Both the position numbers and the translations under genes were made by a program. A stretch of 64,000 bases of DNA from an uncultured delta proteobacterium (GTDB lineage: Bacteria > Myxococcota > Kuafuiibacteriia > Kuafuiibacteriales > Kuafuiibacteriaceae), in the NCBI GenBank assembly GCA_963803435.1, contig CAWDML010000003.1, positions 96,001-160,000 of the forward strand, read 5' to 3'. The notes beneath the pieces were generated by a model. That model made no database searches. It worked only from the letters and a program-made list of their open reading frames with translations, and was not told the DNA's origin. This document shows positions 1 through 9,839 of this stretch, in pieces (position 1 is the stretch's first letter; each line of letters opens with the position of its first letter).

Positions 1-34
1 AGGAGCTCGCCGGGATGCTGGGGCGCGTCCGCGA

Positions 35-526
35 TCAGCGATCGCCGGCGAGGTGAGACTCGACGAACCAGAGCATCTTGTCGGCGTCACGCGAGATCTC
101 GGTGAAGAGGTCGGCGGTGTCGGCGTCGCGGGCCTCGCTCGCGTGGTCGATCCCATCGCGGACCGACTTCGCGAACACCGAGAGGGCACGTCCGATCGCG
201 TCGAGGTGGTCGCGCCCGGCGGTGATGTCGAGACCGTACGCCAGGAGCTTCGTTCGCTCGGACACCACGCTCAGCGTTCCTTCGGCCGTGCCGCCGAGCT
301 GCACGATCCGCTCGGCGAGGTCGTCCACCCAGCCGCCCGCCTCCTCGTACAGCTTGTCGAAGAGCTCGTGGAGCTGGAGGAAGTGTGGGCCCTTCACGTT
401 CCAGTGGGCCTGCTTGGCCTGGAGCGACAGATCGATGGCGCTCGCAAGATTTTCGTTCAGGAGCGCGACGCACCGCTCGCGTGTGGTCTCGGGGAGATCG
501 TTCTTGGTGGGATGGAGCTTCTTCAT
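35..526 (-). CDS. dps: DNA starvation/stationary phase protection protein Dps
   Basis: 163 aa with KQAHWNVKGPHFLQLHELFD and DDLAERIVQLGG ferroxidase motifs. Confidence 0.95.
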   Translation of the reverse strand: MKKLHPTKNDLPETTRERCVALLNENLASAIDLSLQAKQAHWNVKGPHFLQLHELFDKLYEEAGGWVDDLAERIVQLGGTAEGTLSVVSERTKLLAYGLDITAGRDHLDAIGRALSVFAKSVRDGIDHASEARDADTADLFTEISRDADKMLWFVESHLAGDR

Positions 527-779
527 GGCGGCCGGAAGATAGGTCCGGACCCTGGGTTCGACAAGGTTATCGTGACGACCGCGCAGGACGTGCCGTTTTC
601 GAACGTCCGATTCCGGGCGGAGCGTATTGCGCTGTCGGAGACCGCCCGCCCCGTAGCACGGACCGACGGGGAAGTGCTAAGAGAAACGCGGCGTTCGGCT
701 CGGGGCGCCCGGCGTTCGTGGAGATGGGAGCTGGATCCACCTCAAGCGACCGGAGACCTGGGCGATCTCCCGAGTAGGT

Positions 780-2225
780 ATGGTACGGAAGCGCAAGGGG
801 GCCGAGCGCTCGGGTCAGGTCGTCCTGGTTGTCGACGACAATCCGGAGTTTCTCCAGTCAACCAAGCGCATCCTGGAGGTGGCCGGCCATCAGGCGCTGG
901 TCGCGTCGAGCGGGCGCATCGCGCTGCATATCCTCCGCGACCGGCCGGTCGATCTGGTCCTGGTGGACTACCTGATGCCGGGCATGACCGGAGAAGAGAT
1001 GGTCCGCGAGCTCCGGCGGTTCAATCAGACGGTGCAAGTCGTCTTGCAGACCGGATATGCGGAGGAGAATCCGCCTCACGAGCTCCTGCGCAGGCTCGAC
1101 ATCCAGGGTTATCACGAGAAGAGCGATGGACCCGACAAGCTCCTGCTCTGGGTGGACATCGGCCTCAAGAGCGCGCGCACCATGAGGTACCTCGAGGAGC
1201 GCCGCCGCGCCCTGCGCTTCGTCCTCGACGCCACGCCCGCGATGCACCGCGCTCAGCCGGTCGACGAGCTCCTGCAAGTCATCTTGCAAAAGATGTGCGC
1301 ACTGGTCTTCGGCGCCGCCTCGTCCTCGGGTCCGGACGGCTTCCTGGCGGTGATGGAGGAGGGCACGCTCTCCGAGGTAGGCGCCGGCCTGGGGCGTTTC
1401 CTCGACGGCGACCCGGTCTCGTCGTCGATCGATCGGGACGTGCTCGACGATCTGCGGCGGTGCCTCGAGTCGCACAGCGTCATGGTCACGGGGGCGGGGC
1501 TGGCGGTGCCGCTCTTGGTGGACGAGCTGCCGCTGGGCGTCGTGTACCTGGAGCGGATCCCGCCGGAGGTGGACCTCGAGCTCCTCATGATGCTCGCGTA
1601 TCAGGGGGCCATCGCCATTCACAACGCCCAGCTCTACGAGATGGCGGCGCTCGACGTGCTCACGCGAGCGTACACGCGGCGGTTCTTCGAGCAGGCGTTC
1701 CAGCGCGAGCTGCGGAGCGCTCATCGTTCGCGGAGCCCGCTGACGCTCCTGATGGTCGACGTCGACGAGCTGAAGAAGATCAACGATCAGGGCGGGCACC
1801 TCGCCGGCGATCAGGCGCTGGTCGCGATCGGACGACTCCTGCGGAGCTCCACGCGCGCCGGTGACGTTGTCGGGCGTTACGGCGGCGACGAGTTCGCGGC
1901 GCTCCTGCCCAACACGGATCTCGTAGGCGCGCAGGTCGTCGTCGAGCGGATCCTTCACAACCTGTCCACGCTGACCGCCGGCGACGCACGGCCCTTCGCG
2001 GTCCGCGCGAGCATCGGCGTGGCGGTGCTCGCGCCGCCCGCGATCGGTCCGGCGGCTCGAATGTCCTCGGGATACTTCGATCAGGTCGCCGAACGGTTGA
2101 TCGCCCACGCGGACTCGTCGCTGTATCTGGCCAAGCGCTCGGGGCGCGCCTGCGCCGCCGACCCGATCACCTCGGGCTGGCCCGCCCTCGACGGCACGCT
2201 CGGTCAGTCCGTCCGGCCCGACTGA
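780..2225 (+). CDS. Response regulator diguanylate cyclase (REC-GAF-GGDEF)
   Basis: N-terminal receiver (VLVVDD...VDYLMPGMTG), GAF-like middle, intact RAGDVVGRYGGDEF (RxxD I-site plus GGDEF). Confidence 0.9.
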   Translation: MVRKRKGAERSGQVVLVVDDNPEFLQSTKRILEVAGHQALVASSGRIALHILRDRPVDLVLVDYLMPGMTGEEMVRELRRFNQTVQVVLQTGYAEENPPHELLRRLDIQGYHEKSDGPDKLLLWVDIGLKSARTMRYLEERRRALRFVLDATPAMHRAQPVDELLQVILQKMCALVFGAASSSGPDGFLAVMEEGTLSEVGAGLGRFLDGDPVSSSIDRDVLDDLRRCLESHSVMVTGAGLAVPLLVDELPLGVVYLERIPPEVDLELLMMLAYQGAIAIHNAQLYEMAALDVLTRAYTRRFFEQAFQRELRSAHRSRSPLTLLMVDVDELKKINDQGGHLAGDQALVAIGRLLRSSTRAGDVVGRYGGDEFAALLPNTDLVGAQVVVERILHNLSTLTAGDARPFAVRASIGVAVLAPPAIGPAARMSSGYFDQVAERLIAHADSSLYLAKRSGRACAADPITSGWPALDGTLGQSVRPD

Positions 2226-5200
2226 TCGTCCATCTCCGCGATCAATCGGCGCACCAGGACGTCGGTGGGGCCCGGATCCCAGTCCGCCGACTTCTGGAGG
2301 ATCCGGACACCGATGCGACCGAGGAACTCGAGCGCCGGCTCGGCGCCCAGCATGCAGAAGACCGCCTCCGCCGCCAGCTTCTCGCGCGCTCCGCCCTTTC
2401 GCTCGATCACCATCGCCACCTCGGTGATCTCGACAGGGTTGGTCTCGAGCAGGACCTCGAGCTTCCCTTCGGCCTGATACCGATCGAGCTTCTCCCGAGT
2501 CTCGGGTCGACCGCGCTTGAGCGCCGCGCCGCGGTAGAGGAGGCGGACCTTGCCCTTCCGGCCCTGCTGGGCCTCCGACAGCATCAGCGCGACCTCCATC
2601 GCGCTGTCGCCGCCGCCGACGACCACGCAAGCGGCATCGGCGAGGTCCTCGGCGTCCTGCAGCGCGAACCGGACGTGAGAGAGATCGGCGCCGGGTACGT
2701 CGAGGCGGCGGGGTGATCCGCGGGAGCCGGTGGCGACGACGACCTTGAGCGACCGATACTCGGCCGAGTCGGTGACCACGAGGAAGCCGGTGTCGTCCCG
2801 TTCGATGGCTTCGACGCGGGCGTGATAGCGGATCTCGATCTCGTCGGCGCGGATCAGCTCTCCCCAGGCCTCGAGGAGCTCTTCCTTGGGGGCGGTGCGG
2901 ACCGGCAGGTGACCGAGGTTGTCCACGTCGACCGGCTCTGCGTGCACCTGCTTGCCCTTCGCGTAGTCGCGCCGATGGGTGGTCGCGTAGGACGCGTCGC
3001 GTTCGAGCACCAGCACCGCCAGGCCGCGGCGCTTGGCGGAGACTGCTGCTGACAGGCCCCCAGGACCGGAGCCGAGCACCAGCAGCTCGTACCGGTAGCC
3101 TGCGCGGCTCGCGTCGCCGGGCTTCAGCGCGCCGGCGGTCATGTGATTGACGACGTGGAGCCCGAGGTTGTTGGCGTTCTTCACCAGCGGCTTTCCGGCG
3201 GCCTCGCCGATCACGTACAGACCGGGCACGTTGCTCTCGTAGTTCGGATCCAGATCCGGAAGGTTCTGGGCGACGGTCGCCTCGCCGGCAGGCACCACGG
3301 AGAGCGCCTTCACTCCGCAGGACTCCTCGCAGGCGCGGCAGGCCTTGCAGGCGTCGATGCGGACCGCCTTGGGCAGGAGCTTTCCACCGTGCTCGGGGAG
3401 CGGAACCATCTCGAGCACGTCGAACGGGCACGCCTTCACGCAGGCACCGATGGGGACGCACTTGCCGTAGTTGATCCGGACCTCGTACTTCCCGCCTGGC
3501 GGAGCGCTCTCTTCCTTCTCCTTCGCGGCCGCTTCCGACGCACGCACACGGCGCCGCTCGGCGGCGGCGTGTCCGACCATCCCCGAGATTGCGAGGAACA
3601 TCAGCGCCACGACTCCGAGCCCCGCCTGCGCGAGCGGGCGGACGGGCGCGTCCTCCTTGGCGAGCACGGGTGCCTTGGCCCACTCGTCCCCGTGCTCGCG
3701 GTGACAGCGCGCGCAGGGCGCGGACGCGAGCGCCGCTTTCCCCGGGTGGCAGGCGAAGCAGCTCCGGTACGGCTCCTCGAGCGCCTCCTTGTCCGTGCGC
3801 TCGTGGCAAGCGGCGCAGCCTCGTGCGACCGCGCCGTGCCGGCGATGGAGCGCGCGGGAGCGGCGAACGGGATCGAAGTCGAGGTCGGCCAGGAGCGCCG
3901 GGATCGCGGTCCCGGTCGCATTCGCCGAGCGGCTCCCCGGCGTCTCGGTGACCGGCGCGAAGCGAACGTGGCGATCCGGGTGGCAGGCGGCGCAGCGCGC
4001 GCTGGACACGAGCGCCAGGCGGTCGTCGGCGCGGTGCTCCACGTGGCAGCGCGTGCACTCGCTGAAGTCGTGGAGCGGTCGCGGTGTCTGACTCGGATGA
4101 CAGACGGCGCAGCGGGCCTGGTCGGGGCGGGCGAAGCCGCCGTGGCAGGCTCCACAGCGGTCCTTCGTCCCGTCGATGGAAGCGTGGGCGCTCGAGATGG
4201 GCTGCTCGAGGAGCCGGCGTCCTCCGCCCTGGATCGTGAACCCGCCGAGGAGCACGACGCCGGCGAGCGACGCGCCGATCACGATTGGGAGCCGTCGGCT
4301 CTTCTTCACGTCCCAGAGCGGTCGCCATCGGGGCGGACCGCCGCGACGGTCCTTCTCCGGCGCAGTCGGGGCGGCGCGCCGATATACCGTCTGATAGGGA
4401 GAGACGCTGTCGATGTCGTTCGCGAAGCGGGGCATCTGCTCGTCGCGCGAGGCACGCGCGACATCGATGACGCAGTTGAAGCCTTCGAGATCGATCCGGA
4501 GCTCAAACGCGCCCACCCGCACCAGGTCGCCGTTGCGGAGCGGAGCTTCGACGGCGGCGCGGCCGTCGACGGTGACCTCGGCGCCGCCGATGCTGCGGAT
4601 CATGAACGCGCGACCCACGAAGTAGATCTCCGCGTGGCGGCGCGCGACCGCAGGGTCGTCGAGGAAGAGATCGGCGGTCGGATCGCAGCCGATCCGCACC
4701 CGCTGGGCCAGGTGGACCTCGCCGAAGAGGACGAAGCGCGGCTGGCGGAACGCCACCGTCTCGAAGGGATCGGCGTACTCGCTCACCGCCGAGTCGAGGT
4801 ACTCCAGGACGCTCGAGCCCAGCGAGATCACGTCTCCGTGATGGAGGCGGGCGCGGCTCTCGATCGCGACGGCGTTGACCCGAGCGCGTGGCTCGACGCC
4901 CTCGAGCGTGAGCAGCGAGTACTGTCCTTCGTTCCGGCTGATGATCACGTGGCGGAGCTCGAGCAGCGGATCGTGGAGCACGACCTCGCTCTCTTCGCCC
5001 CGGCCGAGGAGGAGCGGGCGATCGCCCAGGAGCACCAGCCGGTCGCGGTGCGGGCCGGCCAGGAACCGCAGCCGCGGCCGGTGCGCCGCCTGATGCGCGA
5101 AGAGGTCGTCCTCGGTCGGGCGATCGATCACCGCGTAGTCGGTGCGGTGGCGCCGGCGGGTGCCCACCTCGTCGATCGTGATCTCGATGCGGACGTCGCC

Positions 5201-5473
5201 GATCCAGATGGTGTCTCCGCTGCGGAGCCGTCGCGGGTGCTCGAGCGGCGGCTCGTCCGGTCCCCCGACCCGCGTGCCGTTACTGCTGCCCAGGTCCCGG
5301 ACTACGCAACCGGAGCCCTGCTGGTCTCGCCGCACCTCGCAGTGGCGGAGCGAGACCAATCCGCTCGAGAGCCTGATCTGGCAGTGTGGTCCGCGCCCGA
5401 TCACCACGCGCTCGTCGTTGAGGCTGAAGCGACGGCCCTGGTCCGGTCCTGTCTTGAGCTCGAAGTGGATCAT
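2204..5473 (-). CDS. Fusion protein: 3 FHA domains, TM, heptaheme cytochrome c, TM, ferredoxin, FAD/NAD(P)-dependent oxidoreductase (TrxR/FNR-like)
   Basis: FHA motifs (VIGRG...VSLRH...DLGSSNGT; LLGRG; RIGCD...VARRHA), 7 CxxCH between two hydrophobic segments, CVPIGACVKACP and CKACRACEESC, GSGPGG and GGGDSAME dinucleotide-binding motifs. Confidence 0.85.
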   Translation of the reverse strand: MIHFELKTGPDQGRRFSLNDERVVIGRGPHCQIRLSSGLVSLRHCEVRRDQQGSGCVVRDLGSSNGTRVGGPDEPPLEHPRRLRSGDTIWIGDVRIEITIDEVGTRRRHRTDYAVIDRPTEDDLFAHQAAHRPRLRFLAGPHRDRLVLLGDRPLLLGRGEESEVVLHDPLLELRHVIISRNEGQYSLLTLEGVEPRARVNAVAIESRARLHHGDVISLGSSVLEYLDSAVSEYADPFETVAFRQPRFVLFGEVHLAQRVRIGCDPTADLFLDDPAVARRHAEIYFVGRAFMIRSIGGAEVTVDGRAAVEAPLRNGDLVRVGAFELRIDLEGFNCVIDVARASRDEQMPRFANDIDSVSPYQTVYRRAAPTAPEKDRRGGPPRWRPLWDVKKSRRLPIVIGASLAGVVLLGGFTIQGGGRRLLEQPISSAHASIDGTKDRCGACHGGFARPDQARCAVCHPSQTPRPLHDFSECTRCHVEHRADDRLALVSSARCAACHPDRHVRFAPVTETPGSRSANATGTAIPALLADLDFDPVRRSRALHRRHGAVARGCAACHERTDKEALEEPYRSCFACHPGKAALASAPCARCHREHGDEWAKAPVLAKEDAPVRPLAQAGLGVVALMFLAISGMVGHAAAERRRVRASEAAAKEKEESAPPGGKYEVRINYGKCVPIGACVKACPFDVLEMVPLPEHGGKLLPKAVRIDACKACRACEESCGVKALSVVPAGEATVAQNLPDLDPNYESNVPGLYVIGEAAGKPLVKNANNLGLHVVNHMTAGALKPGDASRAGYRYELLVLGSGPGGLSAAVSAKRRGLAVLVLERDASYATTHRRDYAKGKQVHAEPVDVDNLGHLPVRTAPKEELLEAWGELIRADEIEIRYHARVEAIERDDTGFLVVTDSAEYRSLKVVVATGSRGSPRRLDVPGADLSHVRFALQDAEDLADAACVVVGGGDSAMEVALMLSEAQQGRKGKVRLLYRGAALKRGRPETREKLDRYQAEGKLEVLLETNPVEITEVAMVIERKGGAREKLAAEAVFCMLGAEPALEFLGRIGVRILQKSADWDPGPTDVLVRRLIAEMDDQSGRTD

Positions 5474-5476
5474 GGC

Positions 5477-7771
5477 TCAGAACGCTCGATAGTAGAGGAC
5501 CGAGGCTGCGTGGAGCAGCGCGAGGATCACCAGGGGGACGGACGCGGCGATGTGCAGTACCAGCCAGCCACGCCTCAGCTGATAGAGCAGGAGCGAGGCC
5601 GCGATCTCGCGATCGCGCACGCGGGCGAGCACCAGCTGCTCGAGCGAGAGGCGCGCCTCGTCCGGGACGTCCCGTCCTGCCAGCGCACCCACCGCGCGAT
5701 CGCGGGCCAGTCGCTCCTGGTAGCCGGAGGAGAGTCGGGACCGGAGGCTCCCGGCTGCGACCTCGATCGCCGGGGCGAGCTTCGCCAGTGCGGAGTGCTC
5801 GGCCTGGAGCTGTTCCACCTGTGTCGAGAGCTTTCGCCGCTCCTCGTGAAGATCCTCCTCGAGCTGGGACGGTCCTTCGAGGCGGGTGATGGCGGACGGC
5901 AGCCACCGCTGGAACGCGACGCCAAAGACCCCGAGCACGAACACCAGCGTGACCAGGAGGAAGAGCGAGGAGGTCAGGAACGCGCCCGGATGGAGATCGG
6001 CGTGGAGCATCACGGCGACGAATGCGATCGCACCGATCCAGGTATGGGCTCGCGCCCAGATCTTGAACGGCCCCAGCTGCGCTCGCACGTGCGCGATGCG
6101 GCGGCGCAGCGGGAGGAGCATCGCCGCCAGCATCGCCAGCAGGGCGGCGCCTCCGAGCGCCAGCCCGTGCGGTGATCCGGGCCAATAGGGTCGCGGGGCC
6201 AGCGTGAAGGTCGCGATCAGCGCGGCCAGTATCAAGCCGCCGGCCGTCGGGACACCGCGGCGCCATGCGAGCTGGGCGGGCCGGGTCCGCGCGGTCTTGC
6301 CGCTGAGCGCCTCCTTGTCCTTGCCGCCCAGGAGCCCGCGGACCTCCGGGAAGAACTCGTTGGGCTCGAGCCGGATGATCGCGCCGGTCGGACAGTTGTG
6401 GACGCAGTTGGCCTCGTCGTACCCGACACACAGGTTGCACTTGCTCGCGATCAGCGGCCGCTCCTCCATGACCCCGTCGAACGCCACCATGCGACCCGGT
6501 GTCGGCGCCATGGTGATGTTGCCCCATGGGCACCGGATCGCACAGTTGCTGCAACCGATACAGAAGTCGTGGACGTCGACCTCGCCGGTGATCTTGCGGT
6601 GGATGGCACCGGTCGGGCAGCCGACCATGCACTCAGGATTCACGCAGTGCCGGCACGACGAGGTGAAGAGCAGCGTCTGATGCCGCTCCGGGTCGTTGGG
6701 ATCGACGCGCCGGACCAGCTCCTTCCCCCGGCGGGTCATCCGCGCTCGACCGTGGCGGGCCTCGCAGGCGCGCGTGCAGTTGCCGCAGCGGATGCAGAGG
6801 TCGAGGTCGATCGTCAGGAGTGACTGGGCCTCCTGAGCACCGTCCTTCACGAAGTCGTCGAGGAAGGCCAGGATCGTCTCGGATCCGTCTCTCTCGGAGC
6901 CGACCACCACGTTGCGGAGTCGGCCTCTCCGCGAGATCTCGGTCTTCTTGAAGTGCTCGAGGAACTCGGGGCGATGCCGCTCGAGTGTCATGAAGTCCTC
7001 GCGGGGAACTTGGATCACCTCGCAGAAGTAGGCGGCCACCAGCCGCCCGGGGCGCGTGCTCTCGAACACGCCCGTGACGTCGCCGCTGTTGAAGTAGCCG
7101 AGGACCGAGATCTGCGCGCCGGCGGCACGCTCGAGCCGGAGCAGGCCCGACTTCACCAGGACCACCGTCGCCGCCGCAGCACCCTCCTCGAACACCGACG
7201 CGTCGCGCGGGTGGCGTTCGAGGCGGGCGCGCGCAAACATTCGCTCGCGCATGCGCTGATCGAGCCTGCCAAAGAGGCTGTGCTGGGCGGCGAACGTCCG
7301 GATGATGCGGATCTCTGACTCTCTCTTCAGGCGTTCGAGTACGCCGGCGCCGGGCGCGGCGCGATCGAGGGCCTCGAGGCGCGACTTCTCGATCTCGAGC
7401 AGCACGGACGGAAGCTCCGCGATCGCGCTGGTGGCGCGGCGCGCGTTGCCGAGGACGGCCGGCTCGCCCGCGACGTCACCCGGGTCGGTCATGCGATCGA
7501 GCACTGCCAGCTCGCCGGTCTCGGTGACACACTCGAGCCGCACCACCCCGCGGAGCAGGACGAAGAGGCTGTGCCCATACTCGCCCTGCTGCATGACGGG
7601 CCGGTGCGGCTCGACGCGCCGGACGAACGATCGCGCGGCCAGCTCTCGGAGCAATCGAGGCTCGACGCTCGCGAGGAAGGACACCTGCGCCAGCATCCCG
7701 CCGATCTCGGAGGAGGAGGGGACCGCGGCGCCCAGGATCGGCAGCCGGACCGTGGAGAGCCCGTCGCTCAC
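5477..7771 (-). CDS. Two cyclic-nucleotide-binding domains + DmsB/NrfC-like 4x[4Fe-4S] domain + ferric-reductase-like membrane domain
   Basis: GTG start at 7771 overlaps the kinase stop (GTGA). cNMP motifs (QQGEYGHSLFVLLRGVV...GE...RATSAIA; FEEGAAAATVVLVKSG); four Cys groups CIRCGNCTRAC, CRHCVNPECMVGCP, CIGCSNCAIRCP, CNLC...CVHNCP; TM helices with His (AHTWIG, MLHAD, LHIAAS, LLHAAS). Confidence 0.82.
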   Translation of the reverse strand: MSDGLSTVRLPILGAAVPSSSEIGGMLAQVSFLASVEPRLLRELAARSFVRRVEPHRPVMQQGEYGHSLFVLLRGVVRLECVTETGELAVLDRMTDPGDVAGEPAVLGNARRATSAIAELPSVLLEIEKSRLEALDRAAPGAGVLERLKRESEIRIIRTFAAQHSLFGRLDQRMRERMFARARLERHPRDASVFEEGAAAATVVLVKSGLLRLERAAGAQISVLGYFNSGDVTGVFESTRPGRLVAAYFCEVIQVPREDFMTLERHRPEFLEHFKKTEISRRGRLRNVVVGSERDGSETILAFLDDFVKDGAQEAQSLLTIDLDLCIRCGNCTRACEARHGRARMTRRGKELVRRVDPNDPERHQTLLFTSSCRHCVNPECMVGCPTGAIHRKITGEVDVHDFCIGCSNCAIRCPWGNITMAPTPGRMVAFDGVMEERPLIASKCNLCVGYDEANCVHNCPTGAIIRLEPNEFFPEVRGLLGGKDKEALSGKTARTRPAQLAWRRGVPTAGGLILAALIATFTLAPRPYWPGSPHGLALGGAALLAMLAAMLLPLRRRIAHVRAQLGPFKIWARAHTWIGAIAFVAVMLHADLHPGAFLTSSLFLLVTLVFVLGVFGVAFQRWLPSAITRLEGPSQLEEDLHEERRKLSTQVEQLQAEHSALAKLAPAIEVAAGSLRSRLSSGYQERLARDRAVGALAGRDVPDEARLSLEQLVLARVRDREIAASLLLYQLRRGWLVLHIAASVPLVILALLHAASVLYYRAF

Positions 7772-9735
7772 TCGAGACGGATGACGAGCTGGCCCGCGCG
7801 TCCCGGCGCAGTCTCGAAGCTCTGTCGGCGCCGGCCGTCGTGACCGATCTCGACCTCGGCGACGTGCTTTCCTGCGGAAAGATGGAGCACGCTCGGAGTG
7901 GTGCCGCGCTCGACGCCGTCGATCCAGAGCTTGGCACCGGCGGGTATGGATTGGACGACGACGGAGCCGTTGCAGCGCTCGTAGATTCGACCGAAGCGCT
8001 GGCTCGCGACCGTCGCGCGCGCGCAGCCGAGGCACAGCTTCATGAACGATTCGATCGCCTGCGTCACCTCCGGACAGTGCCGACCCCAAGCGTCGTAGGC
8101 GGCCACCACGTTGTACACGGTGTCGTACTGAGGATCGGTGCGGTTCGCCTCCTCGAGCAACGCGATCGCCTCGCCGTACTTGCCTTCTCCGATGCGATGA
8201 AAGAAGGCGTCGTGGACCTCGTCGCTGACGGGCGCGTCCACGTAGCCCGCCGGAACGGTGCGAGGCTCGGGCCGCATGAAGCTCATCGCGGTCAACGCGG
8301 TCACCAGGAGCCCGATCGCGATGGCCAGGTGCCGGATGGGTCGCCTCTGCCGCGAGCGCGGGGCCACCACCGGAACCGCGAAGACCGTGCCGCTCCGCTC
8401 GAGGTCGTCGATATGGGAGGCCAGGGCTCCCGCAGAGGAGGGACGCTTCGCCGGGTCCTTGGAGAGCAGACCCATGACCAGCGACTCGATCCGCGGGTCG
8501 AGGCCGGGCACGCGGCGCCCGAGCGGGGGCGGGCTCGCGCTGACGTGCTGGCCGAGGAGCGCCGCGGTGTTGCCCGTGAACGGCGGCCGACCCGCGAGAC
8601 AGTGGTACGCGATCGCGCCCAGGCTGTAGAGGTCGCTCTCGGGCCGCACCGGCTCGGCCAGACATTGCTCGGGCGACATGTACGCAGGCGTGCCCAACAG
8701 CGTCCCCGCCAGCGTCGCCTGGGGCCGCGTCGATTCGGACTCGACCTTCACCTTGGCGACGCCGAAGTCGAGGATCTTCAGGGCCAGGTGATAACGGTCG
8801 CCTCCCTTGGAGGCGCCCTCCACACGTCGCTCGGATGAGCGCCCTTCCAGGGCGTCACCGCGCGCCAGGTGATAACGGTCGCCTCCCTTGGGGGGCTCGG
8901 ATGAGCGCCCTTCCCGGGCGTTGCTGCGCGCCGGCTGTCCGCCGACGCGGTCGACGAAGATGTTCGCCGGCTTGAGGTCGCGGTGGATGATCCCGAGGCC
9001 GTGCGCCTCTTCGAGGGATCGCGCCACCTGACGCATGATCTCCAGCGCATCGATCGAGTTGAGCGGACCGTCCCTGAGCACCTCCTCGAGCGAGCGGCCG
9101 CCCAGGAGCTCGGTCACGAAGTACGGGCGGCCGTCGCGCGTCCGGCCGTAATCGAAGAGCCTGACCGTGTTGGGATGGGTGAGCCGGGCGATGATCTGCG
9201 CCTCGCTCTCGAATCTCCGATTGAGATCGGCCAGGTCGACGCCGGACTCGGGCGAGAGGACCTTCACGGCGACCTTGCGCTTGATGCTCAGCTGCTCCGC
9301 CATATAGACGAACGCCATCGAGCCCTTGCCCAGACGCCGGACAATCCGATAGCGGCCGTCCAGCGTTTGGCCGATCAGGTTGTCGTCGGGCGGCTCCGTA
9401 TCGATGACGGCGAGCGTCCGTCCGGCGATCAGCGTGTCGGCCGCCTCCGACTCGTCGAAGCGGTGCGGAATCGGTGCCCCCGCGCGTTCGGTCAGCGCGT
9501 AGAGCTCGGCGCCGTCACGCGGACACACCTCGACGCCGCGGAACCGCTCGCCGCAGGTGGGGCACTTCAGCTCGACGAGGCTCGGGTCGGCCGTGACCGC
9601 GGTGGGGATCTCGCTGGAAGACCGGATACCCCGGTCGCCGATGTTGCGGCGGGTGGGTGCATCCTCTTCCCAGTCCGCATCCTCCAACGGATCGAGCCGC
9701 TCGGTCGAACTCTGGGATTTCGGCCGCCGTTTCAC
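7768..9735 (-). CDS. Membrane Ser/Thr protein kinase with N-terminal Zn-ribbon and C-terminal TPR-like/PEGA region
   Basis: [31 protein letters not shown] motifs; CPTC...CPRDG; one TM helix; C-terminal [12 protein letters not shown]...GTTP (PEGA). Confidence 0.92.
   Translation of the reverse strand: MKRRPKSQSSTERLDPLEDADWEEDAPTRRNIGDRGIRSSSEIPTAVTADPSLVELKCPTCGERFRGVEVCPRDGAELYALTERAGAPIPHRFDESEAADTLIAGRTLAVIDTEPPDDNLIGQTLDGRYRIVRRLGKGSMAFVYMAEQLSIKRKVAVKVLSPESGVDLADLNRRFESEAQIIARLTHPNTVRLFDYGRTRDGRPYFVTELLGGRSLEEVLRDGPLNSIDALEIMRQVARSLEEAHGLGIIHRDLKPANIFVDRVGGQPARSNAREGRSSEPPKGGDRYHLARGDALEGRSSERRVEGASKGGDRYHLALKILDFGVAKVKVESESTRPQATLAGTLLGTPAYMSPEQCLAEPVRPESDLYSLGAIAYHCLAGRPPFTGNTAALLGQHVSASPPPLGRRVPGLDPRIESLVMGLLSKDPAKRPSSAGALASHIDDLERSGTVFAVPVVAPRSRQRRPIRHLAIAIGLLVTALTAMSFMRPEPRTVPAGYVDAPVSDEVHDAFFHRIGEGKYGEAIALLEEANRTDPQYDTVYNVVAAYDAWGRHCPEVTQAIESFMKLCLGCARATVASQRFGRIYERCNGSVVVQSIPAGAKLWIDGVERGTTPSVLHLSAGKHVAEVEIGHDGRRRQSFETAPGRAGQLVIRLE
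8783..8929. repeat. In-frame tandem palindromic repeat (81 + 66 bp units) inside the kinase domain
   Basis: GCCAGGTGATAACGGTCGCCTCCCTTGG at 8783 and 8864; GCTCGGATGAGCGCCCTTCC at 8829 and 8895; internal hairpins such as CGCCTCC-CTT-GGAGGCG. Confidence 0.85.
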
Positions 9736-9839
9736 CCGCTGACCATCCTAGAGAGCGTGCGTGAGTGTGTAAATGTGGCCCGGGTCGCGGGCACATGTCT
9801 CCCACGCGTCTACACGGTCGGCGTGCTATAGCGGGACCT

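Noticed and set aside
858-6175. Very long alternative ORFs (e.g. 858-4328, 3143-6175; likewise most of 33976-37101 and 41226-44504)
   Set aside because: Shadow ORFs typical of high-GC DNA; they lack motifs and overlap well-supported genes.
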